This document shows, piece after piece, positions 13,319 through 26,989 of a stretch of DNA of 64,000 nt. Origin of the DNA: Euprymna scolopes (taxonomy: Eukaryota); the NCBI GenBank assembly GCA_053919585.1, contig CM132794.1, one strand, 5' to 3'. Each line of letters starts with the position of its first letter. Within the stretch, counting starts at the first letter, position 1. The position numbers and the translations under genes are program-made. Under the pieces are notes generated by a model that did no database searches, was not told the DNA's origin, and was given only the letters and a program-made list of their open reading frames with translations.

Positions 13319-13731
13319 TAGTTATGTGACGATTTCATTATATTTCCCTATTTCAATACAATTACCGATTCTGAAATAAATTACCAATTCCGATACAGTT
13401 ACCGATTTCGATTCCGATTCTTTATACATCTCTTAATATTTAACTATATGATTGTTATTTCCCCAGATTTTCGTAAAACATAAATAAAAAATACACTTGT
13501 GGAGAGTGATCTATGGAATTTAACCTACCTGTTATATTAACAACCAATAAATATTTATTATTTTATCATTATTGCAAGCAATGGATGATTTTACTTTAAA
13601 CGAATCATACAAAAATTAAAAATTAAAGAGATCGTGTTGACATCGGAAAATAGGCATCGATTCTTCCGATTCCGATACACTCAAGTCTTCCGATTGTTCC
13701 GATTTCTGATTTCGATTAATAGTCTTTACAC

Positions 13732-13733
<2 letters not shown>
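13319..13733 (-). mobile_element. hAT-like non-autonomous element (MITE) with CCGATT subterminal repeats
   Basis: Degenerate TIRs TAGTTATGTGACGAT / CGATTAATAGTCTTTACACTA. Inverted homologue of 62122-62590. Confidence 0.65.
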
Positions 13734-13775
<42 letters not shown>

Positions 13776-14099
13776 TCACGGAAGAGAATGGGCAACTACC
13801 AATTATATTCAGCCAATTGTTTGTGATAATGAGAAGGAAAGCAGTCGAAAATAAAAGAAAAAGAAAGGAAAATCTGAGATAAATATAGAGTATACTCCAT
13901 ATCAGTATTCTTCGTTTATTATTCGATGATTCGATTCAAGAAAACTTGATGATTATATGACATTGCATAAAAATACAAATAAAAAAAATTAATATTTCAT
14001 GATCCACCATAAGCTATTTACATCAACAAACATCGTATGTCAGAATTAGTTTAAAGTCACGAAAAACTGAAGAAAATTTAAGAAGAGTAAATTGTGCTC

Positions 14100-14620
14100 T
14101 GTTTGAGATAGAATGATGGGCAATTGAAACAATGATAACAATGGGATCTCGGTGAAATTACGTAAGGACTCCTTTAGAGATCGCCAAAAGTTGAAGTTCC
14201 TTCACCTCTGATGACTTACCAACAATCCGTAATATTTAGTTTAGTACTGATTCGACAAGCCCTTACAACCATCAAATCGATGCCTCTTTTTGTGTTTGTT
14301 ATAATATCCTGTAACCAACGCCGAACACATTTTGCTCTATCCTGGGAATAAAATCATTGTTTTCAGTGTACTGATTTCCACATTAAATTGTACATTCATT
14401 TTATTCACCTTTAACTTTACGACTTGATTTGTGGGAGAGCACAGTACTTTCTTGGGGTGTGGCTGTGTATAGCTGTCCAGACGGTGTTTTCTCAGTTATG
14501 ACTTTGGCGCTACTTTGAAATCAACCAACATAACCGGCTGTGCACACTTCACAGCTTCATAGTGTGTTTAATAAAGAGTAGTTCATGTTGATCTGTTCTA
14601 TTTTTATCTGCATCTAGGAA
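14100..14620 (-). mobile_element. Highly decayed Tc1/mariner transposase remnant
   Basis: Minus-strand fragments TVWTAIH, CVRRWLQD and SSEV..FNFWRSLKE occur in mariner motif order (cf. SPDL..DF..WG.LK). Confidence 0.35.
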
Positions 14621-14898
14621 TTCAATTACGCATTCCTGTTTCTGATGGACGTCAATAGCAGTGCTTTTCTTGGGGGCACACACCGTCAGAATGTGCAAAA
14701 GATTTAAAGATGCCGCCTTTATGTAATTATGGATAAGTTCAATATTTTGGCATCACTATTATCTATTCGCGTGGAATAGCATAGTCTTACTTACTAATTA
14801 CTTACTTTACTATTTATTTTCTTTTATAAATCACTAGTCTTTTCTGCAGTTCACAAGTTGGTTGTTGTTCACGTCATACTTTAAACTTAAGTAAAACG

Positions 14899-14945
<47 letters not shown>

Positions 14946-16287
14946 TTCTAACAAAAATATTTTAATTCAATTTACACAGCCTTATTATAGCGATGCGATA
15001 AATCGTTTCACTGCCGAAAATAAGTAACACATAGAACAACATACTACTAAATATGTTCTACAACCTAATACTCTAGAACTTTGTGCACCTAAAATTATAA
15101 CGCGTACTCAATTTATTAAGAACTACATTCGCTCAATATAAATGTTTTTTTTTTCGAAAATTATCGTCCGTTTGTTCTACTGATTATTCTACAAAACGAT
15201 CGATGATATTACATTATCTAATGGCCTTCTTATATTCGGCCGGAAGTAGAAAGTGTCAATATAAACATAGAATGATAATGTATATTTTTACATATATTCA
15301 CCGCGTTCTATATTCATACCAGATCAATTGTGATTATTATTATATGGGTATAAAAATATTACGATTTTATGACATAGTAAATTTTCATGTACTTGAGTAA
15401 TTTACGAGAGACACTGAAATGCGTTAGATTTGTATTGTTCAGATAAAACCAAGATTAATGTAAATGAATGATACACATATGTTGTTAAAGTTTTATTTTG
15501 CACATATATTGGTTAGATTCTGTTTTACTAAAATAGTATGAACTCAACTTCAAAACAAATACTGTTTTCTTGATTAAACCCATGAACAAGTCACACGGGG
15601 TATATGAATTTAGTTCCATCTATGTTATTTTTTTTACATACTTAAGTTTTTATACTTACTGTCATCCGTCTGTTCTGTATGTGAGCTCTGCAGGTATCCT
15701 TGAATCAGATCCGCAGACACCTCCTTTTTTTTCAGAAAAAATATAAGTCACTTTGAATAAACCTGGATTTATATTCTGATAATATTGTACACACAGTAAA
15801 TTCTTAGAGGATAATCAACAATGTATAACTGTGGAAACATGTTTATATTTAAAAAATTTAAAAGAATTAATCCATCCTTTAATTTTATTAAACATAGAAC
15901 GTCTCGATTTCAACTGTATAAATTTGGACACGTAATTTTGTTGAAGAATAAATTGGCATTTCTTATGTAAATTTCGATGAATGAAACAAACGTTTGACGC
16001 ATTTGGTTTATGCGAGTAAGGTGCAGTGTTATTTGCACGAACTTACTGCCGATGTAACTCTTTAAGTGCTAAATTAATGCTGCCTGGGTTTTACTTAATT
16101 GCTTTAAAGATTTAGTTTGTGTATTTTGTTATTAAATAATGTATACTATGCTTTAATTTAGTTTCCGATATGTTGCATTCGCAACATTTGTCTTTTAATT
16201 AGTTTTTTTTAAGAACTTAGGATTGGTTATGACGTCAAATGTGAATTCTTGCTTCTTTTTTAGGAAAATAATTAATAAATTAGATCC

Positions 16288-16350
16288 CTTTTTTACATGG
16301 AGTTCACCACCTGTCAAGGCCCAGTGGCCACGGGGATAAGGTTTATTGTG
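16288..16350 (-). mobile_element. 3'-end stub of the CR1/Zenon LINE family
   Basis: TTTTTACATGGAGTTCACCACCTGTCAAGGCCCAGTGGCCAC...ATAAGGTTTATTG matches 4541-4602. Confidence 0.65.
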
Positions 16351-17249
16351 GGTACAGTACTCAAGGGATATTTTTATTTATTTATGCTTTATATTTCTAA
16401 TGATTTATAATATTTAAGAATGTTTCTTAAGTAAAACATACAGTGGAAATCCACTGAATATAAAGCAAACCCACTTTTCTTTTGTCAAACATAACGACTT
16501 ACAAACTTTAGAAGATTATGCCGAGCAGCCCGATGTGAAAATAAAACTCAAGATTGAAAGATAACTTTGATTAATCTAATTAATATACATAATCATCCTG
16601 AAAATAGAGAAAATAGGTAGGAATTCTTGTTATCATTTAGTGTTGTAGTTAGTTGTCACAATACGCTTTTCTTTATGAACTTGCTTGCGTCCTTGCCCAA
16701 TTAGCTGTCATATTATTTTTGTCTTTATTTTCTTCTTCGTTTTCTTCTCAACTGAAAACAAACTCACATTGAAAAGATAATGCCGCTTCTATGAATAAAA
16801 AAAATACAAAAACATCCCACAAAAAAAAACACGCGTATTTTTATGATTTCACCTCCGATACCGATAGCCCTGTCAATTTTATTTGTCTTTCTTTAATTTC
16901 ATATTATGTGTATCGGACGGGCTCCAAGTTCGAGTGTCAATGTAAATATACAGAGACCGCTGACGCCTCTAATGGTTGCTTATTTCTATTACCCTCCCCA
17001 AAGTTATTAAACTTTTCTGATTCCATGCGTTTATTAGAGGTAATCGGTAGGGGTCATTTTAGTCAATTATTCTTTGCCATAATTGGACTTCTCTAGAATT
17101 ATGTGTTTTCTCGAACATGTTTGTTTCGACATCAACCTCATGAAAATCTTCCAACTATGTTTCATGGTCGTCGAATGCTAAACTCTCTGACTCGCCCACT
17201 GGAGATAGTATACTGTCAGAGTTTTCTGAAGAAAAAAAAAGGAGCGGCT

Positions 17250-18930
17250 ACACAGGTTCCTCACGTGTCGAAATATCCGACGGATCAGGAGGGAATGTGG
17301 AATTATTCTCATTTACCTTACCTTGGCAAAACTACGACATACAGCGACTTGTCGGTGCTTTTAGGCAAACACAGTCTTTAACCTGGCAGATACTGAACTT
17401 AGGATCTGATGATGGTTTCATAATATTAGCTGAGTTCATCCAGACCTCTTCACTGTAAATGGTATTAATATAAGAGTCGATATCTTTTTGGGTCATATTG
17501 TAGAAGGAGAGATACTCTAGTGTCTACCAGCGTATATAGGCCGCGATTCGTTTCAGAGTACGATTGAACCGATCGGATAAACCATTCCCGACCGTGATAT
17601 ATACACAATTACATCCTGTTCACAACTTATTTCTTTGAAATGTTCTGAATTCCTGACTGAGGAAGATTGTTTTATCCTGGAGTATTTCTATCTATTTCAA
17701 CATAACCACTTCCAGTTTACGAATCATGCTCACTGTGCCCTGCCGTTCTAATTTTCACCACTCGGAAAATCACGACGGACCACAATATGTAATAGTAAGG
17801 ATATGGTAAGTAGCGAACCGCGTAATATTAATCCTTAGCAGTTGTTTATCACTACTCACTACTAGTTTTCCATTCCCAGCGCACGCGTTTTATAGCAAAT
17901 CTGGCAGATACTCTCGTTGTAGCAGCAAAAATGTGGTACGTCGCACTGTTCGGTGCCCACTGTTTCTGTGTATGGTCATGATACGGAATGTTTCCATCTC
18001 AGACAAAAGTAATTTACCGATAAGGAGATTGAGTCCCCCGCCTTTCCTCATGGCATCAAGCTACCGATGTGTCACGCGCATGAATTTGTCTCCCATATTT
18101 TTTTTAATTGACGCAACCAAGATAACGTTCATATAGAGCTTGTATTTCATTTACAGGTGTGTGCATCCCACTGGTGCATTGCCGTCCCATCTCTTTCCAA
18201 TGCAACTAAACCTCAAACTCCACTTGTCTACCACGGACTACCAGTACGTTGTTTAAAACATAATCGCTTCCGTTTGTGAAATAATAATGATACCCCTGCT
18301 ACAACATGCAGTGATCGTGCCTCCAATCGTCATGACATACAGTTTTCTGTCTTCTTAGATCGACAAAGATTTGCATCTACTATTATGATCTATCATAATG
18401 TGCCGATTTATACCGAACGATGCATTTAATCAACATAGACGATAGTTTCCGGGACTGCCACATTTACACAGTGTGGGGGAATAGCATGACTAAAATCTGT
18501 TTCCCTAATAATCGTGGACTTAATGTGCGATTTTTTCGCAATGAAAGCAATGAATTAAAATTTAGGGAGACTCGCTAGATTATCTTGCGACCGACTCTGT
18601 AAGACTTTACACCAGTGCTAGGATTCATATGGAAGCAATCGAAGACGTATTACTGAGTAGACTCACGGCTGCGACCATGTAGTGAATTTCATCCCTTCTC
18701 GATGTCAGCACTCAGACTTTCGTTATTGTAGCTCCCCTGTTTATGGTCTCGATATTTGGCGGCTGCTTATGTCCGGTGAACATGACATCAGAAAAAACCC
18801 TTATTAAAACATCTTTAGCTTAACTCTCTCGGAACCCGCCAATCCGACCAACAATATGGTGGTGTTTGCGTAAACGTCGGCCTGATACTTGCCCATAATA
18901 CTACGTTAACTTTTTTATTGGCAGTGACCA
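17250..18930 (-). mobile_element. Decayed, internally deleted Ty3/Gypsy internal region (gag knuckle and integrase)
   Basis: Minus-strand motifs: CKCGSPGNYRLC (knuckle-like, ~18450), IHRNSGHRTVRRT..CQIC (integrase HHCC, ~17900-17980), LTITYCGPS*F, GNGLSDRFNRTLKRIAA (~17560), FYNMTQKD, and VKDCVCLKAPTSRC. Confidence 0.75.
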
Positions 18931-18937
18931 CACCATC

Positions 18938-19012
18938 TGTTATATAGGGGTTTCATTAAAAGAGAGTCTTAGAGAGAGAGAGAGTCTTATAAAGAGTTTG
19001 TTGTTGAGTCTT

Positions 19013-19048
<36 letters not shown>

Positions 19049-19701
19049 GGAGGGATGTTGTTAGAGATTGTTCGTATTATGAAGAGATTCATATTTATAA
19101 AAATGTTCATGACTTAGGTGTTGATAGAAGCTCTTTGAGTGAGGAGATAGGGTTGAGACATTGTGGAGACAGTCTTAGTGTTCATGTTGTGTATGTAAGA
19201 TGTGTATGTAAAGACATTTTACAACACAGATATATAGACATATAATAACAATTTTCACTTTACCTTTTGGTAGAATTACACCACAAAGACGACGTTTATA
19301 AAAACACATGATGTGTGTATTTCTTCTCACGACCGGCCGTGGTTTTCTGAGTCAAGAATTCAAAGCTTCACATTCAAGTTTCAAAAGTGACCGTCTCGCT
19401 TTTAGACGTTCTTGTGTCCATGTTTAGAATGTCGGCTGTTATCTTCAGACTCTCTCTGACTCTCCCAGTTTCTCTCAAGTTTCTAACTATATCTAGAACT
19501 TCCCATTTTCAATGACGTCATACACATGTTAAAACATGTGTCTTCTTTCACGTGTTCTGTACATGCGTGTCCAAGATTTTTCCTTTGTTTACAAAAGGAA
19601 TGTTAACCTATATTCCCAGTAACCTATTTTCCAATATGTTAAACACATGTTTATTAAATTATCTTGTATAGTTGCATTCCTCAATTTAATTTTTCATAAC
19701 A
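18938..19701 (-). mobile_element. LTR (likely 5' LTR of the adjacent Gypsy element)
   Basis: TGTTATA...CATAACA termini. A TGG-starting PBS-like sequence follows on the minus strand (~18920-18935). Confidence 0.65.
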
Positions 19702-20295
19702 GAATTGAGAGTGCACATTCTTTTCTTGAAACTATTTTATCTCTAAGTAAAAAAATGGTTTGATTTACATTCCAGTTTCTAATTCTCTCTCGTAATCTAT
19801 TTCTAAACCTAATTTACGAGATTCGAATTTCGTCTATTCTATTTCATTTTCATTTTAACTAAATCACTCTATTTTTATACTTACATGAAAAGGGAACAAC
19901 CCTTATCATGTAACACATCCACGAATGCCGCTTCAAAAATTATTCTATCTACTCGATGTCTACTTTGTCTCTTCCTGTCTATGTCCAACTAGAATGGTAA
20001 TGCACTACACTCCAAATACTATGGGAGAAGGTTCGCCTCATTATCCGCCTTTTGGAGTCTCGTTCCCAATCTCAGTTTCTACAGCGACGCAATCACATGT
20101 CTCTCGCTGGTAATCGACTTCACCATATTACTGCGGATTTATATTTCCGTCATAACAACAGCTGGAATATTCTGAAAGCAGGATGAGAAAAAAAAAGTTC
20201 CGAACATTTCCTAATTCTCAGCGTAGTACTTCGCCGGCATAAGAGGCTTTTCTCTTCCACAACTCTCTTCGACGCTTAAGCCGCCGTCGTAATAC

Positions 20296-20302
20296 TTCTT
20301 CT

Positions 20303-20333
<31 letters not shown>

Positions 20334-20372
20334 CTTCTTCTTTTTCTTCTTCCTCTTCTTCGTCTTCTTCCT
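20296..20372. repeat. (TTC)n microsatellite
   Basis: Directly visible; it explains the poly-K ORF 20211-20462. Confidence 0.95.
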
Positions 20373-22889
20373 TACAGACAACAAACTCAAACGAACGAAA
20401 TAATGTATTTGCAACGGAATAAAATTTAATTTTTCAGCCTGCTCGAACACAACTTGCCTCATGACTAGAATATATTTTCTTATTTTTGTTTACATTTTGT
20501 ATCGACGAGTTCCAGGTTCGAAAGCCAGTGCTTCTCTACGAAGGGCACGCATCATGCAGGGGCGCGTATTGTTTTGACTCCCACATCGTTATTTCAAATG
20601 ACTTATCTCAAAATTGTAAATTTGTAATTTGTGAAAATTTGTAAAATGTATTTTCATACAGCTGGGCTTACAGAGTAATTTTACAATAAGTGAGATTTTA
20701 ATTAAATAGCATTTATTTTCTGTTTTTAATTTAGATTCCCACTTAACTTTCACGAGTAAGGATTGTTTATGCATAAGTATTAGCAAGCAGTTGATTATTT
20801 ATGATTGAATTTAAAATGAGAATGAATAGCTTATCATGTACGCAGGTGGATCGTTTACAAGGCGATAAAGTTATAAGGAGTTGATCGATTTTTACGGCGA
20901 AAACACACGTATTCAATCAAGATATGCACATGGCAATTATAATTGCAAAGTACCTCACAGCATTCTGGTGAGTGAAAAATGTGTCATGCACTTAATGTAT
21001 ATACGAACATGAGGACTTCTTATTAATTTCCGTGAACAGTATAAGAAGATTGCTTTATAAGAGAAAGATGACAAAATGAAGCAAATGCATTCATATGTAA
21101 AGAAAAATATAAGGTTCCTTGCGTACTGATTACGTAAAGAAATGCATTATTGCAGTAGGAATTTATAGGAAAGAAAAAAAAAGAAAACAAAAGAAACAAA
21201 TAAAAACAAATTACAGCATTTGAATATAATGATAGTTGAAAAAGATTACTAGCGACATTTCATTGAATATAAAGGGCAAATGTAAACTTGCTAACAACTT
21301 TGCAGAAGAGTACATGATACAAAAAATAAAATGGAAAATGACGGGCACAAAAAAACAAAATTAAATAATGGGCGGAAAGAAATAAAGTATGCATTAAAGT
21401 AAGCTTCAGAAAAATAGAAAAAAGGAACGAAAAAAAAAAGAATAAAGGATCACTAGGTAATAGAAACTGTTTGTAAATATAGGAATAACAAAAGTAACAA
21501 TGAGTTTGTTTAAAAAATACTAAGAGAAATATGAAGTGAACTTATCGAGAACATATAACAAACGAGGAGGATAAAATTACTAATAATAAATTAGGAAGAA
21601 AGAATTAACTATAAAAAGGAAATAAAATAATCAGGCGGTAATAACTACAACAGTATAATTCTGGTAAATGTAATAAAAATTGCAGGATAATATAACAAAT
21701 AAAAAAAAGAGTGGAAGGTGTTTCAAGAAAAAAATAAAAAGCAAGTAAGAGAGTAAAAACAAAACAAGTAAATACATCAGAAAGCAAGTTTAATAGAAAG
21801 AGATACGGATGTAGACGTTCATAAGAAACAGGTAATTAAAACAATATATATATATATATATATATTTGTATATATTTATATATATATATGCTTAGTAAAA
21901 TAATATCTTGAGTTAATTACAAGGAAATTAAACGAATAATACCAAACAAACATCTACTTAAACTTTATAAAAATATAAAGACACAGAATATAAAATAACC
22001 ACTCTCGAAATTGTCGTCGTCGTAAATAGAGTTAATATGTTGTTTTTTTTTTCCTTTCAAGTGATATCTGCTTTATAGTTTTTGCGCCAATGACGTGTTT
22101 CCTTACGTTATAAATGTAATGCCGGAATATATACAGTTAGCTAGAATCATTGCCTGTGTAAGAACAATACGTTCATTCTTAAAAATATATATACTAAAAT
22201 TTATGAATGAGCATTGATTGCAGTTTAAGGCACAAGGTGAGAGGAATATTTAAAATATTAGACGGTAAACCGGAAGTAATGTCAAACCTACGGTTTCATA
22301 TTTCACGGAGGCAAATGTCCTCATAAGGTTTCCTCACTTTCAGTACATAGATTGCTATGTTAACATTAGGGACGTTTTCCTATTTATCAAAGCTAATTAA
22401 ACAGTTTTTTAGACACTCTAACATTAAGCTAGTTCATTTAACAATATTAGGATGGTCCTTCGTATAAGATTTTACATGGTATCAAATTCGTCAAGTGAAA
22501 ATTCATCCGAAATCATGTATTTAAGTAGTTATAGATTTCCAAATAAGAACATGAAATTATGTTTATGCAATATTTGTCATTGCTTCCGATGAAGTCGGTT
22601 TTAACAGAGTAAAAAACAGAAGAATGCAACACGTATATAAATCTTGTCCTCTTTGACATGGCAGTATTTAGCAATACCAACTTTTATTTGTGCAATTATG
22701 TCTAGAACAGAAAGGATTACATAGACAAACGATCCCACACAAACACACAGCAACAGATTTGTGAGAGTTATATAACAGATATGCATATAATACACGTATA
22801 CTTAAAAGAAGAATCTGTCGGAGAACGATATTTAAACATCTTTATTTATACCATCATACATCTCATTGATTTTTTTTTTCGCTCAAAAA

Positions 22890-23450
22890 TAATTTTAGTC
22901 TCCTTCAAGGAGATGTGTGACCTGTAAATTCATCCTTGTCCATTCGTCCGTTCGTCCCTGGGTCTGGCCGCATATTTCTCAATGTTTACACCTTGGATTT
23001 TTTCGAAATTTTTCACAAACATTAAACATGATATAGGTTAAAAAGTAACAGAATTGATTTTGTGGGAAAACTCCGGTCGCCCCGTATGGGTGCCTTTTTA
23101 GGTCAAATGGCTAAAATTGACATTGTTGTGCTTATAAAAAAAAGTGATGGCTTGATTTTTATAGAACTTTGTAAAAAGTTGTAACAAACTGATTTTTTCT
23201 TGTGTCTATATTTCGCTATAATTCTTTGGTGTGTCCCAGGGTCTCTTTAGGGATGATAAAAACACTCCATTTTGGGGATTATTTTACCATATTTGTCCAA
23301 AATTGTCTGTGTATGTTTATTTAGCAGTTTTGCATGGGGCTGAGCAGAAATTGTAATATGTTAAGGCCTTGGGGACTTTTGGGTATAATTAAATGGGCAA
23401 ATAATAGACTTTGTCATTTTTTTTCTTTTTTTTTGCATGGTGAGGAAATC
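22890..23450 (+). mobile_element. DINE/Helentron-like non-autonomous repeat
   Basis: TTTTAGTCTCC..GGAGA short inverted repeat, then (GTCC)-like repeats and CATATTTCTC, the usual DINE-type 5' layout. Confidence 0.45.
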
Positions 23451-25865
23451 AAATGAACACATGGTAAGTCTTAAAATTGCACCACTTATTTATTAGCACC
23501 AGGATTTTACGCCCCCTCGAGACTTTGGTGCTAAGTATGTGGGGAGCGCAAATGCTGAACGTATCCATTTCCTTTATGACCTCTTTACTGGGCACTCACG
23601 GGTGGCCATGCATTATTTACTTGTTATATTTGGTTCTTTAAGCCTCGTAGATTATAACAATTTTATTAGTTTAAAGATATTTTATTTATATTTTATTTTA
23701 CTAAATTTCGTTCGATATTTGCTTTTTTTGTCGCTTTTAGTTTTGACTTATAATTTTAACGTCCTTTTTGTACAATATTCAGCTAAAGTCTTTATTTTAC
23801 TAGTAGGTTTAATGCTTGTTAATTTATTTGCCCCTCTTTTGTGGTTGTTTAATCTTCATGTTACACTTGTCCTTCTTTCTGTTTTCTTTGTCCGCTCGTT
23901 GATTTATTTACCTCATAAATCAATCCACACCTCAAAAGAAAAGGAGAATAATACAGCATGAAAATCAGCATCAACCCGGACTGAGTGACACCGTCTATTT
24001 ATTTATTCTATTTAGATAAGGATTGGATTATTTTTTTTAAGATTCTGTCATGTTAACAACAGAGAAAAATATCGCACGAGTTGTTATTGGACAAATAACT
24101 TTCACGCGAGAAATTTCGTTTTATTTTGCTGTCTTGGACAACATTTCCTTCGGTTCAAAAAATGGAGAATATGAGGATCTGATTAAACCACAATACACGC
24201 CAAGCTCTTATCGTGAGGTATTACCCTATTTCTTTGATGCAGTTATTTGTTGTTGTTGTTGTTGTTCATTAATACATTTACATTGGGATATCTGTTCCTA
24301 TCTGGACCGATTTAGTAGATTTTGTATTAAAATATTTTCCTTCACGCACCTCTCGTTTATTGTGTCTATTAATTTCGTCATGAATATATCCTTATTTTCG
24401 TATCTATAAATTCAAGGATTAAATGGTTCCTGTAAGGCAACACATCATACCATTGCGTTTTCCTCTTGCATATTTTTATACACACATCATTTGAGAGTAT
24501 AATTATAATGGTTCTATGTACGGGTATTTGTTAGAACAACCTGTCACTAGGATAAATTTCTCAACCACTAAACCCTGATTAGATAATCTAAATCATATAG
24601 ACTTATGTGCGCATATAATATCACTTCGCTATGGTAAAACAACCATGTATTTTACGAGAGATGGTACACGCTCTCCAAATGTATGTTCCTCAAATAACAG
24701 CATAAAGTAAGATACTCAACCAGACTTGATAAATATTATTCTGGAATACATTAAGATGAAGTGATCACAAGAAAATATATATAATATTTCTTAAAGTTCA
24801 ATTAAGAAGGGATAAATAGTTCTCAACTTTTCTACGAACTCAGTTGTCTATATGTAAAAGTGAACTTATATATTTCAGTACCATTGCATCTGGTTACAAA
24901 AAAGTAATAGATACATTGCCTGAAATAACAGGAAACAAAAATAAACACCGCCACAATATTTCAACCAGAATTTATTTTGGCTCTGACACTATAATAAGGC
25001 TAATGTAGGTCCAACACTATCCATTTATTAATTTCTCTATCTACTGACATAATTTCCTAGAACTCTACGAAATAGTGTTCATTACAATGATTAAGTTTTT
25101 ATTACAATATGCATTGAATCACCAAGATTAGGGAATATTTTATTTAACTCACTAAGATACAATAAGTTATTTATTGTCACAATTAGATTCACCACTATTG
25201 AAGAGTCACACCTTAAGTGTTAAGATTTTTCAAATACTTATAGATTTTCTATTAATTCATTTTGGATTCATGACAATGAAATATTTAAGTGACCAAAAAC
25301 ATAAATCGCAGTTTCTTATAAAACATAATCTGCATTTACATATGTATATTGCATTGCCAACTTTTGCCGAGACATCCAAGAACCATCTGAATAAATACTT
25401 TGAATACTAGACAGCAAATAACTCTCTAATATACAATAATATAAAATAATTTATACAGAGGTTTGCAGGATATTCCTCATACTTGGAGGGGGGTCCTCAC
25501 ATCTATGCAGAATTGTGAACAAACACACCTGCAGCTGGCATGTTTAGAAACTTCACATTCTTTCCTATCTATACTGGAATATTCAAACTTACTGTCAAAA
25601 TGTAAAATGTTTATATTTAACGGCAAGCATTAAACTAGCAAAAACTATTATCAGCAATTTCCGTTTACATAGCCGTGCTTAAACCTAAGTGGAAATTTTA
25701 TGAGCAGAGTTTATTTTGCTAAAACTGCATATGTATTTGACAAAATCCCGCAGACTTACTGCTTGGCTGAATATGAGATAATCGTCTTTAATTTCAACAT
25801 GATCAGGTTTTTGAAAAACCGTCTTTTAAAATAAATTATCAGATTTATATGACGGTTCGTATGGA

Positions 25866-25915
25866 GCCTTACGTTGAGTGGCTTCCGGCCATTAATAAGC
25901 GGTGATTATATAAAG
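25866..25915 (+). mobile_element. 3'-end stub of the CR1/Zenon LINE family
   Basis: CCTTACGTTGAGTGGCTTCCGGCCATTAATAAGCGGTGATTA matches the reverse complement of 4553-4595. Confidence 0.6.
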
Positions 25916-26324
25916 TAATATAATTCTCTCTATCTGTACGTGCAAATAAACTACAACTGTTTGTCGAATTTTTGGCTCTTGTAATTCAATTTACCGCTTA
26001 CACCTAAATACGTATATTTTAAACATTGAGTTTACCGATACAAAGCATTTTATACAAAAGATGTTTAAATAATACACTTTTTTTAACTTGTCACCATAAT
26101 TTGCACAAGATCTAATAATTTTTTTCACTATCATCACTAGAAAGTTTTTGTAGAATTTAATCTATTTCGAGACCTAGTAATTTAAACATATATATTTTAC
26201 TCCATTTTTAAATCGGTGGATTTATACAGCATGTCAAAAACGTCACTAAAAGGTGTTGAACTTAACTAGATTCTTTGGTTTTGATAATATATTTCTGTAA
26301 ATTTCACACAATCGTAGTAATCCA

Positions 26325-26690
26325 TTAGGGGTTCTTAACAATGCAAATTTCAAACAATATTTATTCATGTAAGATAATGTCTTTTAAATGTTGCCCATTC
26401 TTTGCTCCGCAGATTTGTGTTCTTTCCCAAGCATTGTTCATCGAAGATTTATGAATCTCTTGATTTGGATCATACTCCCGTATTTCGTTGACGTCGTTTT
26501 CTTTCACTTCTTATAGGGTTTGGGAGTTGTTAACATAGACTCTTCTTTTAAGATATCTCTCCAGGAATAAGGCTAATGAAGTAAGGGGAACGTGGTGGCC
26601 ATTTGACATTGCCAGAGCAAGATATAACGTTGTCGCCAAAGCACTGTTTTATTTAGGTAACACAATTTCATGACTTGTGTACGTTCTTCA
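26325..26690 (-). mobile_element. mariner-family transposase C-terminal remnant
   Basis: Minus strand reads FGDNVISCSGNVKWPPRSP...FLERYLK...CGAKNGQHL (cf. WPPRSPDL...LWGYLK...GGHFE). Confidence 0.75.
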
Positions 26691-26910
26691 ATGCTATACT
26701 TTTCCATAATCAATTTTTAAAAAAAAATTATCTATAAAATATCTTACATAGAAAAAATAATCATTAATTGTAAAATAACAAAGATTTTCAACTCTTTGCC
26801 TTTTTACACAACATTTATATAAAATGTTCTATATCTTGAGGCGCTTATACAAATTTGGCTTGTTTTTTATTTGTCTGTAACACGTACATTAACTAGTTGA
26901 ATCAATAACA

Positions 26911-26988
26911 TTTATATAGTACTCCATGCTCAGTTATCGGCTTTTTCATTTTTAAAAGCCGATAACTGAGCATAGAGTACTATATAAA
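26911..26988. repeat. 78-bp near-perfect palindrome (35-bp arms, 8-nt spacer); probable miniature MITE
   Basis: TTTATATAGTACTCCATGCTCAGTTATCGGCTTTT / AAAAGCCGATAACTGAGCATAGAGTACTATATAAA, with one mismatch. Confidence 0.9.
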
Positions 26989-26989
26989 C

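Noticed and set aside
13360-13720. CRISPR-like array from recurring CCGATT motifs
   Set aside because: Short irregular subterminal MITE repeats in eukaryotic DNA; no repeat-spacer periodicity or cas genes.
23539-23961. 140-aa hydrophobic ORF as a membrane protein
   Set aside because: Hydrophobicity follows from T-rich low-complexity sequence; no recognisable motif.
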